DNA of 64,000 nucleotides from Patescibacteria group bacterium (GCA_038065315.1 JBBTRF010000001.1:161642-225641), one strand, 5' to 3'. Positions 9,949 to 19,358 are shown, counted from the stretch's first letter. A program made the numbers and translations. Notes: a model not told the origin generated them from the letters alone.

Positions 9949-11106
9949 CTACATCCCCTCTTTTTTCAATTCTTCGATCGCTTTCTTGGCCGCCTTCGAG
10001 AGGTGTTTCGGCATTTCGATGGAGATCTTCACAAAAAGATCACCGCGGCGGTTTTTGCTCCCGCCGATCGGCACGCCGCGCCCCTTTACACGAAGTTGTT
10101 CGCTGTGAGTGATACCGGCCGGGATGCTGAGTTGGATATCGCCATCGAGCGTGGTAAATGTTTTCACTGCACCGAGAAGTGCTTCGGAAAGCTTAATACC
10201 GAGCGAGGCATGTAAGTCGGCGCCATCGCGCTCAAAAAGCGGGTGCGGCACGACGTGGATCTTCACGTAGAGATCGCCAGAAGAGCCGGTGCCGCCGCCA
10301 GCCAGTGTTTCGCCCTTGCCGGCCATGCGGAGCATCTCGCCGTCGTTGATGCCAGCCGGAATGACTACCTCGAGATTCTCCTGCCTGTCGTACACGCCTG
10401 CACCGCGGCAGATCTTGCATTTTTCCTTTGGTATCGTACCTTTCCCAGCACAGGTTGGGCAAGTGGCTGTGGTACTCACATTGCCGAGGAAGGTGCGGCG
10501 CACCTCTTGTACCTTGCCGCGTCCTTTGCAGGTGTCACAGGTCTCGATTTTTGTTCCCGGCTCGCCCCCTGTGCCATTGCAATGGTCGCATGCCGCAGTG
10601 CGACTAAAACGTAGCTCACGAATAGAGCCGAAGACAGCATCCTTGAACGGAATTTCGATATCGATCGACATATCGCGGCCCTTCTGACTGCGACCGCGGC
10701 CACCTCGTGCGCCTCCTGCCCCGCGCCCGCTTGAACCGCCAGTGCCGAAAATATCGCCAAAGATATCGCCAATGTCGAATTCGATGTTCTGCGAGCCACC
10801 GAAGCCTTGGGTGAATTGCGAAAAATCAAAGCCATCGAAACCACCGGCTTGGCCACTGAAGGGATTACCTCCTCCGCCGGAGCCTCCACCAAAACCTGGG
10901 CCCGACGAACCAAATCGGTCGTATTGTGCACGCTTCGCATCGTCCGACAAGGTCGAATACGCCTCATTTGCTTCTTTGAAGCGCGCCTCGTTGCCACCCT
11001 TCTTGTCTGGGTGATGTTCATGCGCGAGCTTACGGAACGCCTGCTTGATCTCGTCTTTCGAGGCACTCTTTTCGACTCCGAGTGTTTTGTAATAGTCTTT
11101 TGACAT
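9949..11106 (-). CDS. dnaJ: Chaperone DnaJ
   Basis: J domain with HPD, G/F region, four CxxCxGxG repeats; start MSKDYY at 11106. Confidence 0.97.
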   Translation of the reverse strand: MSKDYYKTLGVEKSASKDEIKQAFRKLAHEHHPDKKGGNEARFKEANEAYSTLSDDAKRAQYDRFGSSGPGFGGGSGGGGNPFSGQAGGFDGFDFSQFTQGFGGSQNIEFDIGDIFGDIFGTGGSSGRGAGGARGGRGRSQKGRDMSIDIEIPFKDAVFGSIRELRFSRTAACDHCNGTGGEPGTKIETCDTCKGRGKVQEVRRTFLGNVSTTATCPTCAGKGTIPKEKCKICRGAGVYDRQENLEVVIPAGINDGEMLRMAGKGETLAGGGTGSSGDLYVKIHVVPHPLFERDGADLHASLGIKLSEALLGAVKTFTTLDGDIQLSIPAGITHSEQLRVKGRGVPIGGSKNRRGDLFVKISIEMPKHLSKAAKKAIEELKKEGM

Positions 11107-11199
11107 TTTAGATTTTTTGAACCTTGACACTATACCATACGGTGTGTAACTATTCTATTCAGTCAGTTGTTTTAGAGGGTTGGCTTCAGAAAGGAAGCC

Positions 11200-11529
11200 G
11201 TGGTGTCCCGAACAATACACCTAGCATCGTTAATCATGATCGTCATCTTGAAAGACCGGAGACTTTTCGCCATCCAGTGCCTCGTCTCAATTGCAATCAT
11301 GCTGAGCGCATATCTCGAGCCGAGGTATTTTGCGATAACCTTTGGCGCTTGGTTCCTGTTCTGCCTGCTGATTCTGCTCGTTTACACAATCAGCACGCCT
11401 GCCGAAGACCTGTTGGGGCTCAAGCATGAGATGCAATTCATCGTGCTGTTTGGCACCCCGATAATCATCCTCGGAATCACGAAGGCTCTTTTTACCATAA
11501 GGCGAACGGACGCCGCACCTAAGACCTGA
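11200..11529 (+). CDS. Small hypothetical membrane protein
   Basis: Hydrophobic 109-aa ORF, GGAAG before GTG, followed by a terminator. Confidence 0.55.
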   Translation: MVSRTIHLASLIMIVILKDRRLFAIQCLVSIAIMLSAYLEPRYFAITFGAWFLFCLLILLVYTISTPAEDLLGLKHEMQFIVLFGTPIIILGITKALFTIRRTDAAPKT

Positions 11530-11548
11530 TCGCGTTATCTACCTCACT

Positions 11549-11620
11549 CCCCTCCTCCATTATCTCCACGACTCAGTCTTTGTACTAGGTCATGGAGAGT
11601 AGGAAGAGGGGGGTTTTTTT
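11549..11620 (+). terminator. Intrinsic terminator (long imperfect stem plus T-tract)
   Basis: CCCCTCCTCC..TCTCCACGAC / GGTCATGGAGA..GGAAGAGGGG followed by T7. Confidence 0.55.
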
Positions 11621-11647
11621 ATTTTCTGATTTTCAGGAGCCTAGTGG

Positions 11648-11748
11648 AGAGGTGTCTGCGGCCATTTTTGAGTAGGTGCGGATTTATCATACTTTTCTCA
11701 TACTTTCGTATGAAAAATCCGATACTACTCTTTTTCGCTGCGCCACCC
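11648..11748 (-). repeat. Palindromic intergenic repeat, copy 1
   Basis: Reverse complement aligns by eye to 14174-14270 and 62800-62910; core CGGATTTWTCATAC...GTATGAAAAATCCG. Confidence 0.85.
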
Positions 11749-11760
11749 CGGCTGCTTCAG

Positions 11761-13698
11761 CTATTTCTTCTCCCCATCTTTACCGCCTTCCTTGAACTCC
11801 GCATCGCGGACTGGGCCGTCAGCATCTTTCTTGTCGCCCTGCGCAGTGTCGGCCCTTGAGGCCTCGCCGTTTGCTCCGGCGCCTGCCGCGCCCGCACCAG
11901 CCTTGCTCATCGCCTCGCCAACTTTGGAGAGCTCGGTCGAGAGAGCTTCGGTTGCGCTCCTGATCTTCGCAAGATCAGCACCATCTTTCACCTGCTTGAG
12001 GTCAGCGGTCTTGTCCTCGACACCCTTGCGGACATCAGCAGGCACTTTATCGCCCGCATCCTTGAGCGCCTTCTCGCTGGTGTAGATCATCTGCTCGGCG
12101 ACATTTTTTGCCTCGACTGCCTCACGCTTCTTCTGGTCGTCAGCACTGTGCATTTCCGCATCCTTCTGCATCTTCGCGACCTCTTCCTTGCTCAGGCCGG
12201 AGCTTGCGGTAATCTTGATCGAGTTCGACTTGCCGGTGGTCTTGTCCTTGGCAGTCACATTCAAGATACCATTGGCATCGATGTCAAAAGACACCTCCAC
12301 CTGCGGCATACCGCGAGGAGCCGGTGGAATACCGTCGAGAGTGAACTTGCCGAGCGACTTGTTGTCCGCCGCCATAGCACGCTCGCCCTGAGTGATGTGG
12401 ATTTCCACAGAGGTTTGATTGTCCGCCGCGGTCGAGAACACCTGAGACTTCTGTGTCGGGATAGTAGTGTTCTTCTCGATGAGCTTCGTCGCGACGCCAC
12501 CCATAGTTTCAATGCCGAATGAAAGTGGGATCACGTCGAGCAAGAGCACGTCCTTCACGTCGCCGGCGAGAATACCGCCCTGAATAGCGGCACCGATCGC
12601 CACGACTTCGTCTGGGTTCACTCCCATGTGGAGCTCCTTTCCGAAGAAGGCCTTCACCGCTGCGAGCATGGCTGGCATACGAGTCTGCCCACCCACCATC
12701 ACCACTTCGTTGATATCGGCCACCTTGAACGGCGATGCTTCCATCGCACGCTTGGTGATCATCATTGCTCGATCGATGAATTCTCGAGTGAGAACCTCGA
12801 GCGTTGATCGGGTCATAGTCTTCACGAGGTGCTTCGGGCCGTCACTGCCAGATGAGATGAACGGAATGTTGATCTCGGTCTGCACCGCGGTGGAGAGCTC
12901 GATCTTGGCCTTTTCTGCGGCCTCGTCGAGTCGCTGCACTGCCAAGGGATCCCTCATGAGGTCGATACCGTTTTCCTTCTTGAAATCATCCGCGAGCCAT
13001 TTGATGATCTTCTGGTCGATGTCTTTTCCGCCCAAGTGCGCGTCACCGTCGGTGGACTTCACCTCCACGAGGTCGGCGCCCACTTCGAGCACGGAGATGT
13101 CGAAGGTACCGCCTCCGAAGTCGAAGACGACGATCTTTTCATCCTTCTTTTTGTTGAAGCCGTATGCGAGGGCGGCTGCGGTCGGCTCGTTGATGATACG
13201 CATCACTTCGAGGCCGGCGATCTTGCCTGCGTCCTTGGTGGCCTGTCGCTGTGCGTCGTTGAAGTATGCCGGGACGGTGATGACGGCCTGAGTCACCTTC
13301 TCGCCGAGTCGCGCTTCCGCGTCGGTCTTGAGTTTGGTGAGGATCATGGCCGAGATCTCCTCCGGTCGGAGCCATTTGTCGGCCATTTTCACTTCCACAC
13401 CACCGTTCGCAGACTTCTGCACTTCAAAAGGCACCGATGCCTTGTCTTTTTGCACCGCGTCTTCGTCAAATGTGTGTCCGATGAAGCGCTTGATCTGGAA
13501 GACGGTGTTCTTTGGGTTGGTGACAGCTTGTCGCCGCGCAAGGAGGCCGACGAGTCGGTCGCCGGTCTTTGATTGAGCGACAATAGATGGAGTGGTGCGC
13601 GCACCCTCGGCATTTTCGAGGATCTTCGGGCTGCCCGCTTCCATCACCGCGACTGCTGAGTTGGTGGTACCGAGGTCGATACCGATGATTTTTGACAT
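11761..13698 (-). CDS. dnaK: Chaperone DnaK (Hsp70)
   Basis: [32 protein letters not shown]. Confidence 0.99.
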   Translation of the reverse strand: MSKIIGIDLGTTNSAVAVMEAGSPKILENAEGARTTPSIVAQSKTGDRLVGLLARRQAVTNPKNTVFQIKRFIGHTFDEDAVQKDKASVPFEVQKSANGGVEVKMADKWLRPEEISAMILTKLKTDAEARLGEKVTQAVITVPAYFNDAQRQATKDAGKIAGLEVMRIINEPTAAALAYGFNKKKDEKIVVFDFGGGTFDISVLEVGADLVEVKSTDGDAHLGGKDIDQKIIKWLADDFKKENGIDLMRDPLAVQRLDEAAEKAKIELSTAVQTEINIPFISSGSDGPKHLVKTMTRSTLEVLTREFIDRAMMITKRAMEASPFKVADINEVVMVGGQTRMPAMLAAVKAFFGKELHMGVNPDEVVAIGAAIQGGILAGDVKDVLLLDVIPLSFGIETMGGVATKLIEKNTTIPTQKSQVFSTAADNQTSVEIHITQGERAMAADNKSLGKFTLDGIPPAPRGMPQVEVSFDIDANGILNVTAKDKTTGKSNSIKITASSGLSKEEVAKMQKDAEMHSADDQKKREAVEAKNVAEQMIYTSEKALKDAGDKVPADVRKGVEDKTADLKQVKDGADLAKIRSATEALSTELSKVGEAMSKAGAGAAGAGANGEASRADTAQGDKKDADGPVRDAEFKEGGKDGEKK

Positions 13699-13772
13699 GG
13701 GTTAATTTGCGTTAAAAACGTGATAAAGGATTTCTAAAATCCGAATGAACGGGGTGTGAAATCGAATTCAGC

Positions 13773-14114
13773 TTAAAACGCAAAGGACGGCGCGCGGGTC
13801 GGTTGGCTTTTGAGGATCGCCTTGATGGCGAGATGTGGATAGACGACAGACTCGAGCTGGAGAGATTTTACAAATTCAAAGACAGCAAGCTCGACAGGTG
13901 CTGGGAGTGCTTGGACAGCAGCTGTATTTGACGCACCGGAAACAACATCACCAAAGGCAAAGGCTTCAGCTGCCTCGATCGGGGTGGCAGAAAGGAGTTT
14001 TACGCGTACCTGACCCTGATACTCCACCACCAAAAATCGGGCACGAACAAAGCCGCCAGCCCGTGTTTTCAGGACTTTTTCGATGATATTTTGCTGTGGA
14101 GCGAGGGTCAACAT
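13773..14114 (-). CDS. 113-aa leader protein upstream of dnaK ending in ...SQPTRAPSFAF (candidate arrest peptide)
   Basis: ATG 14114 lies just downstream of its own promoter; protein-like composition; 74 nt from the dnaK start. Confidence 0.7.
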   Translation of the reverse strand: MLTLAPQQNIIEKVLKTRAGGFVRARFLVVEYQGQVRVKLLSATPIEAAEAFAFGDVVSGASNTAAVQALPAPVELAVFEFVKSLQLESVVYPHLAIKAILKSQPTRAPSFAF

Positions 14115-14123
14115 CGGACTGCT

Positions 14124-14150
14124 ATTATACCAGAAATATGGAGGAGTCAA
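14124..14150 (-). promoter_or_regulatory. Promoter for uORF-dnaK
   Basis: TTGACT-N15-TATAAT with extended -10 (TGG TATAAT), 9 nt before ATG; spacer is short. Confidence 0.6.
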
Positions 14151-14173
14151 CATATTCGACTGAACAGAAGGTT

Positions 14174-14270
14174 GGTGGTGCAGCGGAAAAGAGTACCTTC
14201 GGATTTTTCATACAAAGTATGAGAAAGTATGAAAAATCCGCACCTACTCAAAAACACTGACGGACACCCC
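14174..14270 (+). repeat. Palindromic intergenic repeat, copy 2
   Basis: GGTGGTGCAGCGGAAAAGAGTA..CGGATTTTTCATAC..GTATGAAAAATCCGCACCTACTCAAAAA..CGGACACC. Confidence 0.85.
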
Positions 14271-14308
14271 ACCCCTCGCACTACGAACTACACCTTTGTG
14301 ACAAGAGA

Positions 14309-14932
14309 TTACTTCTTCACCTCCCCCACCTTCACCTTCGGCGGACGGACCACGCGGTCGCCGAGCTTGTATCCTTTGTTGATGACAGCGACAACTTTGC
14401 CATCCTGTGATTTTTCGTCTACCTCCACCATCTCTATCGCCTCCTGCTCGAGCGGGCTGTAGTCGGCGCCGAGGGGGTTGAGTTCGGAGAGGCCGTTTTT
14501 CTGCAAGATACCTAGGATCTGCGCCTGAATATGCTCGACGCCCATGCGCCAATTCTTGTCCACCTTTTCCCAAGCCTCTTTGTTGGCACGAGCCATGTCG
14601 AAGCTGTCGAGCACTGGCAAGATGTCGAGGATGAGCTCCTCGTTCGCGTACTTCACGAGCTCCTTCTGGCGCTCCTCGTCGCGCTTGCGCGCATTTACCA
14701 TGTCGGCCTTGGTGCGCTGCCAGCCAGTGAGATAGTCGAGCTTCTCGGCTTCACACTTCTTGAGCTTGTCGCGCAAGTCTTTCAGCTTGGCCTGGGAGCC
14801 CTTCTCGATGCCTTCTTCGTTGGTGTCCACTACATCATCTGTATCGCCAGAATTTGCGTCTGCCTTGCCAGCAGCCGTCGGCTCAAAAGTTACATCATCC
14901 TGATCGTTTTTCATATTTTTAGTGTCGTCCAT
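14309..14932 (-). CDS. grpE: Nucleotide exchange factor GrpE
   Basis: QR.KAD..NARKR, LPVLD, KGY.LGDRVVRP.KV.V. Confidence 0.95.
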   Translation of the reverse strand: MDDTKNMKNDQDDVTFEPTAAGKADANSGDTDDVVDTNEEGIEKGSQAKLKDLRDKLKKCEAEKLDYLTGWQRTKADMVNARKRDEERQKELVKYANEELILDILPVLDSFDMARANKEAWEKVDKNWRMGVEHIQAQILGILQKNGLSELNPLGADYSPLEQEAIEMVEVDEKSQDGKVVAVINKGYKLGDRVVRPPKVKVGEVKK

Positions 14933-15176
14933 AGGGCTGTATTATCGCCAATTTCTGTACGCGGGTCAATCCCTTGATCTCCCACTCCCTTTTCAGTGCA
15001 CGACTTTTCGTCCGGCACTTCTCCGCATACGCCAACACCACCGGCCGCCGCGACTTCGTGTACTTCGCGCCCGTCTTCGACTCATTGTGCGCCACCACTC
15101 GCCTCTCCACATCATTCGTCGAACCCGTATACAACGTTCCATCCGCGCATTTCAAGATGTATATGTAGTAAGCCAC
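14919..15176 (-). CDS. Small GIY-YIG nuclease (UPF0213/YazA-like)
   Basis: YYIYILKCADGTLYTGST, H...GAKYT..RRP, ALKRE..IK. Confidence 0.9.
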   Translation of the reverse strand: MAYYIYILKCADGTLYTGSTNDVERRVVAHNESKTGAKYTKSRRPVVLAYAEKCRTKSRALKREWEIKGLTRVQKLAIIQPYGRH

Positions 15177-15231
15177 GGCAGGTACAGTATAGCAATTGAT
15201 AAGACAGACTCATACATATATACTTATACAA

Positions 15232-15330
15232 ATGGACAAGAAACTTCGTCGGCGTTGGGACAATCAGGTGAAGCAAGCCCTAAAAAGGGTCGGCTATTCG
15301 AGCGGTAAATTAGCCCTGAAGGATCTCTAG
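15232..15330 (+). CDS. Putative 32-aa small protein MDKKLRRRWDNQVKQALKRVGYSSGKLALKDL
   Basis: Below ORF-track cutoff; TTGATA-N17-TATACT promoter (15196-15224) 7 nt before ATG. Confidence 0.4.
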   Translation: MDKKLRRRWDNQVKQALKRVGYSSGKLALKDL

Positions 15331-15378
15331 AAAACACCGCAAGGAAGTCTTTCGGCGTGGAGGAATCGAACGAAATAT

Positions 15379-15494
15379 GTAGGCAAAACAAAACAGCATT
15401 CTGAGGGAACTGCGGAGGCCGTCGGGCCGAGCCGGAGCGAAAAGCTAGCGAGCTTTTATGCGTATCCCTCAGAATGCGTTTTTGTTTTGCCTGC
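15379..15494. repeat. Long inverted repeat/structured element downstream of rpsI
   Basis: Arms AGGCAAAACAAAACAGCATTCTGAGGGA / TCCCTCAGAATGCGTTTTTGTTTTGCCT enclosing a ~55-nt GC-rich insert. Confidence 0.7.
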
Positions 15495-15500
15495 TTATAA

Positions 15501-15911
15501 CTATCGCTTGCTCCAAGCCGGAGACTTTCGTGCCTTCTTCAAACCGAACTTTCGTCGCTCCTTCGCTCGAGGATCTCGCTTCAAAAAGCCTTCCTTCTTG
15601 AGAGAACCACGGAGTGCGATATCGTGCTGAATCAACGCTCGTGCAATGCCGTGTCGGAGTGCCTCGGCCTGAGAGTGGATACCGCCGCCGCTCAACATCG
15701 CAGTGACCTTGAACTTCTCGGCTGACTTTGCCAAAGCGTCCATGGCGATCTGCTGGAGCTCAGCGGTCGGGAAATACGTATTCAAATCCTTCTCGTTCAA
15801 AGTGAAAGAGGTCTTCGCTGAAGGAGTGATGCGGACGCTCGCAATAGAGGTCTTGCGTCGGCCGATGCCCTGGGTGTACTTTTTGTCTGAAGTTGAAGTG
15901 TTGGATGTCAT
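15501..15911 (-). CDS. rpsI: 30S ribosomal protein S9
   Basis: GRRKTS, GGGIHSQAEA, RDPR.KERRKFGLKKARKSP.WSKR. Confidence 0.98.
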   Translation of the reverse strand: MTSNTSTSDKKYTQGIGRRKTSIASVRITPSAKTSFTLNEKDLNTYFPTAELQQIAMDALAKSAEKFKVTAMLSGGGIHSQAEALRHGIARALIQHDIALRGSLKKEGFLKRDPRAKERRKFGLKKARKSPAWSKR

Positions 15912-15930
15912 GGAGATATACAATAGCCGA

Positions 15931-16278
15931 TTACTCGCTGATGGTCAAACGCTTCATCATGCCTGGGCGGAGGCGGTTGTTTGGGATCATGCCCTGGATC
16001 GCGAGGCGGAAAAGCTCGCTGTAGCCCTTCTTCGCCACGATGTCCACCATGTTTGGAGTCTTCAAACCGCCTGGGAACCCGCTGTATCGAGCATAGGTGG
16101 TCTGCTTCATCTTGTTGGTAGCGATCGATGCCTTTGAAGCGTTGATGATCTCAACAGTAACATCGGTCGGAGCCGCATTGCGGACAAACGAAGTCAAATT
16201 CTTGCCCATGAGGAGAGAGGCCGCCTTGGTAGCGAGTCGTCCGAGCTTCTGGTCTTTTGCGTCAAGAGTGTGTTTCAT
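15931..16278 (-). CDS. rplM: 50S ribosomal protein L13 (short form)
   Basis: DA....LGRLA, YSGFPGGLK, GMIP.NRL. Confidence 0.95.
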   Translation of the reverse strand: MKHTLDAKDQKLGRLATKAASLLMGKNLTSFVRNAAPTDVTVEIINASKASIATNKMKQTTYARYSGFPGGLKTPNMVDIVAKKGYSELFRLAIQGMIPNNRLRPGMMKRLTISE

Positions 16279-16299
16279 GGAAGTGTGTTGGGTGCTTGA

Positions 16300-16653
16300 T
16301 TATTTTACAAACTGGATGACGGCCATGCGAGCAGAGTCGCTCTTTCGTGCTGGGAGCTTGATCACTCGGGTGTAGCCACCGTTTCGGGTCTTAAACGATG
16401 GGCCGATTTCGGTGAAAAGCTTCTTCACCGCTGAAGCGGAACCGATGCGCGCCATCACCAATCGTCGGTTGAAGACGGTGTCGGTCTTCGCTCGAGTCAC
16501 CATCGGTTCGATGAAGGGTCGGATCTCCTTGGCCTTAGCCTCGGTAGTCATGATCTGGCCATGGTTCACCAATGCGAGTGCGAGCGACTTGAGCAAGGCG
16601 CTTCGCTGTCCTGTTTCTCGTCCGAATACTCGATTTTTATTATGGTGTCTCAT
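16300..16653 (-). CDS. rplQ: 50S ribosomal protein L17
   Basis: MRH..., TTEAKAKE, RNGGYTR. Confidence 0.98.
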   Translation of the reverse strand: MRHHNKNRVFGRETGQRSALLKSLALALVNHGQIMTTEAKAKEIRPFIEPMVTRAKTDTVFNRRLVMARIGSASAVKKLFTEIGPSFKTRNGGYTRVIKLPARKSDSARMAVIQFVK

Positions 16654-16704
16654 GGTGTTTGATTAATGACGCTCGTGTCTGTTTGGGTCTTTTCGGCGTT
16701 CAGA

Positions 16705-17682
16705 TTATTTTAATGAAATGCCGTACTTGTTCAAGAACTTCTTGATCTCCTGTACGCCCTTGCTGCCAAGGCCGTCGATATCGAGAATGTCCTCCTCCTT
16801 CTTGCGAACCAAGCCGCCGAGGGTTCGAACATTTGCACTGGTGAGCGCATTGAGGGTTCGAGGTGAAAGGTCGAGAGTCTCGATGCGGGTCTTCAAAAGC
16901 TCTGGATCAATCTCCTTCTTTGAAGACTTCTCTGAGGCCTCCTCAGCGTCAGCCTTCGCTGCTCGCTCCTCTGCTGGTGCAATCTCCTCTTCCTTGAATC
17001 CGACAATCGCCTTGAGCTGCTCGATCATGGTCACAATAGACTGTTCAAGCGCCTCGTGAGGGGTGACGGTACCATCGGTCTCAATAAAGAGCTTGATTCG
17101 GTTGAAATCAGTACGGTTGCCGACTCGCATGTTCTCCACTTCGTAGTTCGCACGCTTGATTGGGGTGAAAATGGCATCCAGAGCGATAGCACCTATGTCT
17201 ACGCGCTCCTTCTGGATAACTTCCTTTGGGACGTAACCAAGACCCTTCTGGGCAGTGATCTCAATTTCCAAAGTGGTGTTCTTGTCGGTGACAGATGCAA
17301 TGTGCTGATCTTTGTTCACGATGACCACCTGGCCCGGAGCCTCGATGTCGGCGCCCGTCGCATTCTTCACACCCTTCACGCGGAGGGTCATGGTCTGAGG
17401 CTCATCGCTCAAAAGCTGGATGCGAATCTTCTTGAGGTTCAAGAGAATAGTGATGACGTCCTCTTTCACTCCTTCGATAGTTGAAAACTCGTGAGAAACG
17501 CCAGTGATCTTCACTGAAGTGATCGCTGCACCTGGAAGAGACGACAAGATGATGCGTCGAAGTGAGTTGCCGAGAGTATGTCCGTATCCTGGGTACAATC
17601 CATCAATTTCGTAGATGCCAACAGAACCATCTTCTTTGATGATTCGAGGCTTTGATGGAAGTACGATAGTCTGATCAGTCAT
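16705..17682 (-). CDS. rpoA: RNA polymerase alpha subunit
   Basis: GYGHTLGNSLRR, HEFSTIEGVKED, alpha-CTD. Confidence 0.99.
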   Translation of the reverse strand: MTDQTIVLPSKPRIIKEDGSVGIYEIDGLYPGYGHTLGNSLRRIILSSLPGAAITSVKITGVSHEFSTIEGVKEDVITILLNLKKIRIQLLSDEPQTMTLRVKGVKNATGADIEAPGQVVIVNKDQHIASVTDKNTTLEIEITAQKGLGYVPKEVIQKERVDIGAIALDAIFTPIKRANYEVENMRVGNRTDFNRIKLFIETDGTVTPHEALEQSIVTMIEQLKAIVGFKEEEIAPAEERAAKADAEEASEKSSKKEIDPELLKTRIETLDLSPRTLNALTSANVRTLGGLVRKKEEDILDIDGLGSKGVQEIKKFLNKYGISLK

Positions 17683-17712
17683 GTGATTGTTGTTATATAA
17701 AATGATTGATAA

Positions 17713-18330
17713 TTATCGCTTGTAGAATTCCAGGATGGCTCCGATATCGAACTGTGTCTCGCCAACTGCAAACTTCGGCATTCCAACGATCTCGGCTCGT
17801 TTCTTCTCCGACTCGCTCTTGATCCAATTGACCGCCGGCGCATTCTTCATCTTCTCCGCTGCCTGCTCGAACAGCTTCTTCTTTTGGCTACCATCACGGA
17901 TGGTGATCGCATCCTTCTCAGAGATGGTGTACGAAGGGATGGTGACCCGGGTGCCGTTCACCAAAATGTGGCCGTGAGAAACCATCTGTCGCGCGAGGAG
18001 TCGAGAGTTGGCCAAGCCAAGGCGGTACACGACATTGTCGAGACGAGTTTCGAGCGCCCGGAAGAGTGCTTCGTCTGGGTGGAGCTTGGTCTGTGCAATC
18101 GCCTTTCGGACGTAGTTGCGGAACTGCTTCTCCATCACGCCGTAGGTAAATCGGGCCTTCTGCTTCTCGATGAGCTGGGTACCGAACTCGCTCTTTGGGC
18201 GAGGCTTCTTTTTGCCGTCCTTGCCACCACTTCGTCGGGCGACAGATGCAGCAAATTTAGCCGTCTGTGTTTTGTCGAACACTGCGGCTCCCAGTCGTCG
18301 TGCAATCTTGTACTTTGGACCAATTTTCAT
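17713..18330 (-). CDS. rpsD: 30S ribosomal protein S4
   Basis: EKQK.RF.YG, LETRLDNVVYRLG, ARQMVSHGH. Confidence 0.98.
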   Translation of the reverse strand: MKIGPKYKIARRLGAAVFDKTQTAKFAASVARRSGGKDGKKKPRPKSEFGTQLIEKQKARFTYGVMEKQFRNYVRKAIAQTKLHPDEALFRALETRLDNVVYRLGLANSRLLARQMVSHGHILVNGTRVTIPSYTISEKDAITIRDGSQKKKLFEQAAEKMKNAPAVNWIKSESEKKRAEIVGMPKFAVGETQFDIGAILEFYKR

Positions 18331-18351
18331 GTGAGTACGTGATGATTAATA

Positions 18352-18798
18352 TTAAACGCGTCGTGGTTTCTTTGGCTTCGGACCGTTGTGAGGCACCGGA
18401 GTCACGTCTTTAATAGAGGTGATGGTGAAACCCTTTGATACAAATCCTCGAACGGCTGATTCTCGGCCAGAACCAACGCCCTTCACGATGACTGCCACTT
18501 CCTTGAGACCAAGGAGAGCTGCCTTTGCAGCCAAGGTCTCGCCCACTTTTGCTGCAGCAAAAGGAGTGCCCTTCTTTGCACCCTTGAAACCGAGAGATCC
18601 CGCTGATGACCAAAATACGGCGTTACCCTTTGGATCAGCAAACACCACTTTGGTGTTGTTGTAGGTAGACTGCACGTACAAAATGCCGCTGTCGAGCTTG
18701 AGCTTCGAGGCCTTTGAAGGTGCCGCCGCGACTACCTTCTCCGCTGGAGCGGCGGCCTTGTCGGTCTTCTTTACTTCTGTGTTCTTTGGGGTTGCCAT
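18352..18798 (-). CDS. rpsK: 30S ribosomal protein S11
   Basis: STYNNT, GFKGAKKGTPFAA, DVTPVPHNG. Confidence 0.98.
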   Translation of the reverse strand: MATPKNTEVKKTDKAAAPAEKVVAAAPSKASKLKLDSGILYVQSTYNNTKVVFADPKGNAVFWSSAGSLGFKGAKKGTPFAAAKVGETLAAKAALLGLKEVAVIVKGVGSGRESAVRGFVSKGFTITSIKDVTPVPHNGPKPKKPRRV

Positions 18799-18827
18799 AT
18801 AAATGTATGTCGGTTATTTCTTTAGGA

Positions 18828-19208
18828 TTACTTCTTCTCAACGGCCTTTCGTCCGGAACCCATGGTCTTGCGAACGTTGCCTCGAACAGTTCGAGAGTTG
18901 GTCTTGGTGCGCTGGCCGTGCACTGGGAGTCGGCGGAGGTGTCGGATGCCTCGGTACGCCTTGATGTCCTTCAAGCGCTTTACGTTGCCCGCGACCTCTC
19001 GCTTGAGGTCTCCTTCGATCTTGTAATCCTCGATCATCTTGCGGATCTCATTCTCTTCGTCTACAGTAAGGTCTTTCGCCTTCTTGGCAAAATCAACATT
19101 CGCTCGGGTCAAAATAGTGTGAGCGAGTGGACGGCCAATGCCGAAGACTGCCGTGAGAGCAATCTCGATTCGCTTGTCGTCTGGAATGGTGATACCTGAG
19201 ATACGCAT
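18828..19208 (-). CDS. rpsM: 30S ribosomal protein S13
   Basis: YRGIRH...LPVHGQRTKTNSRT. Confidence 0.98.
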   Translation of the reverse strand: MRISGITIPDDKRIEIALTAVFGIGRPLAHTILTRANVDFAKKAKDLTVDEENEIRKMIEDYKIEGDLKREVAGNVKRLKDIKAYRGIRHLRRLPVHGQRTKTNSRTVRGNVRKTMGSGRKAVEKK

Positions 19209-19235
19209 TGGATATACAGTAAGGATGATGAATAA

Positions 19236-19352
19236 TTAACCTTGGCGCTGCTTGTGACGAGGGTTAGACGAGCACACCACGTACACATAGCCCTTTCGTC
19301 GGACGGTCTTGCATTGAGCACACACTTTTTTTACTGAAGCTTTTACTCTCAT
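19236..19352 (-). CDS. rpmJ: 50S ribosomal protein L36
   Basis: Not in ORF track; manual translation [38 protein letters not shown]. Confidence 0.97.
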   Translation of the reverse strand: MRVKASVKKVCAQCKTVRRKGYVYVVCSSNPRHKQRQG

Positions 19353-19358
19353 TGGTGT

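Noticed and set aside
12148-13576. Long + strand ORFs antisense to dnaK
   Set aside because: Shadow frames of a conserved GC3-rich gene; no motifs.
11648-14270. TCATAC repeats as a CRISPR array, or the inverted copies as a composite transposon
   Set aside because: No regular repeat-spacer units, no cas genes, and no transposase or target-site duplication seen.
14919-15176. GIY-YIG gene as a homing endonuclease/intron
   Set aside because: It is a stand-alone 85-aa UPF0213-type protein and interrupts no gene.
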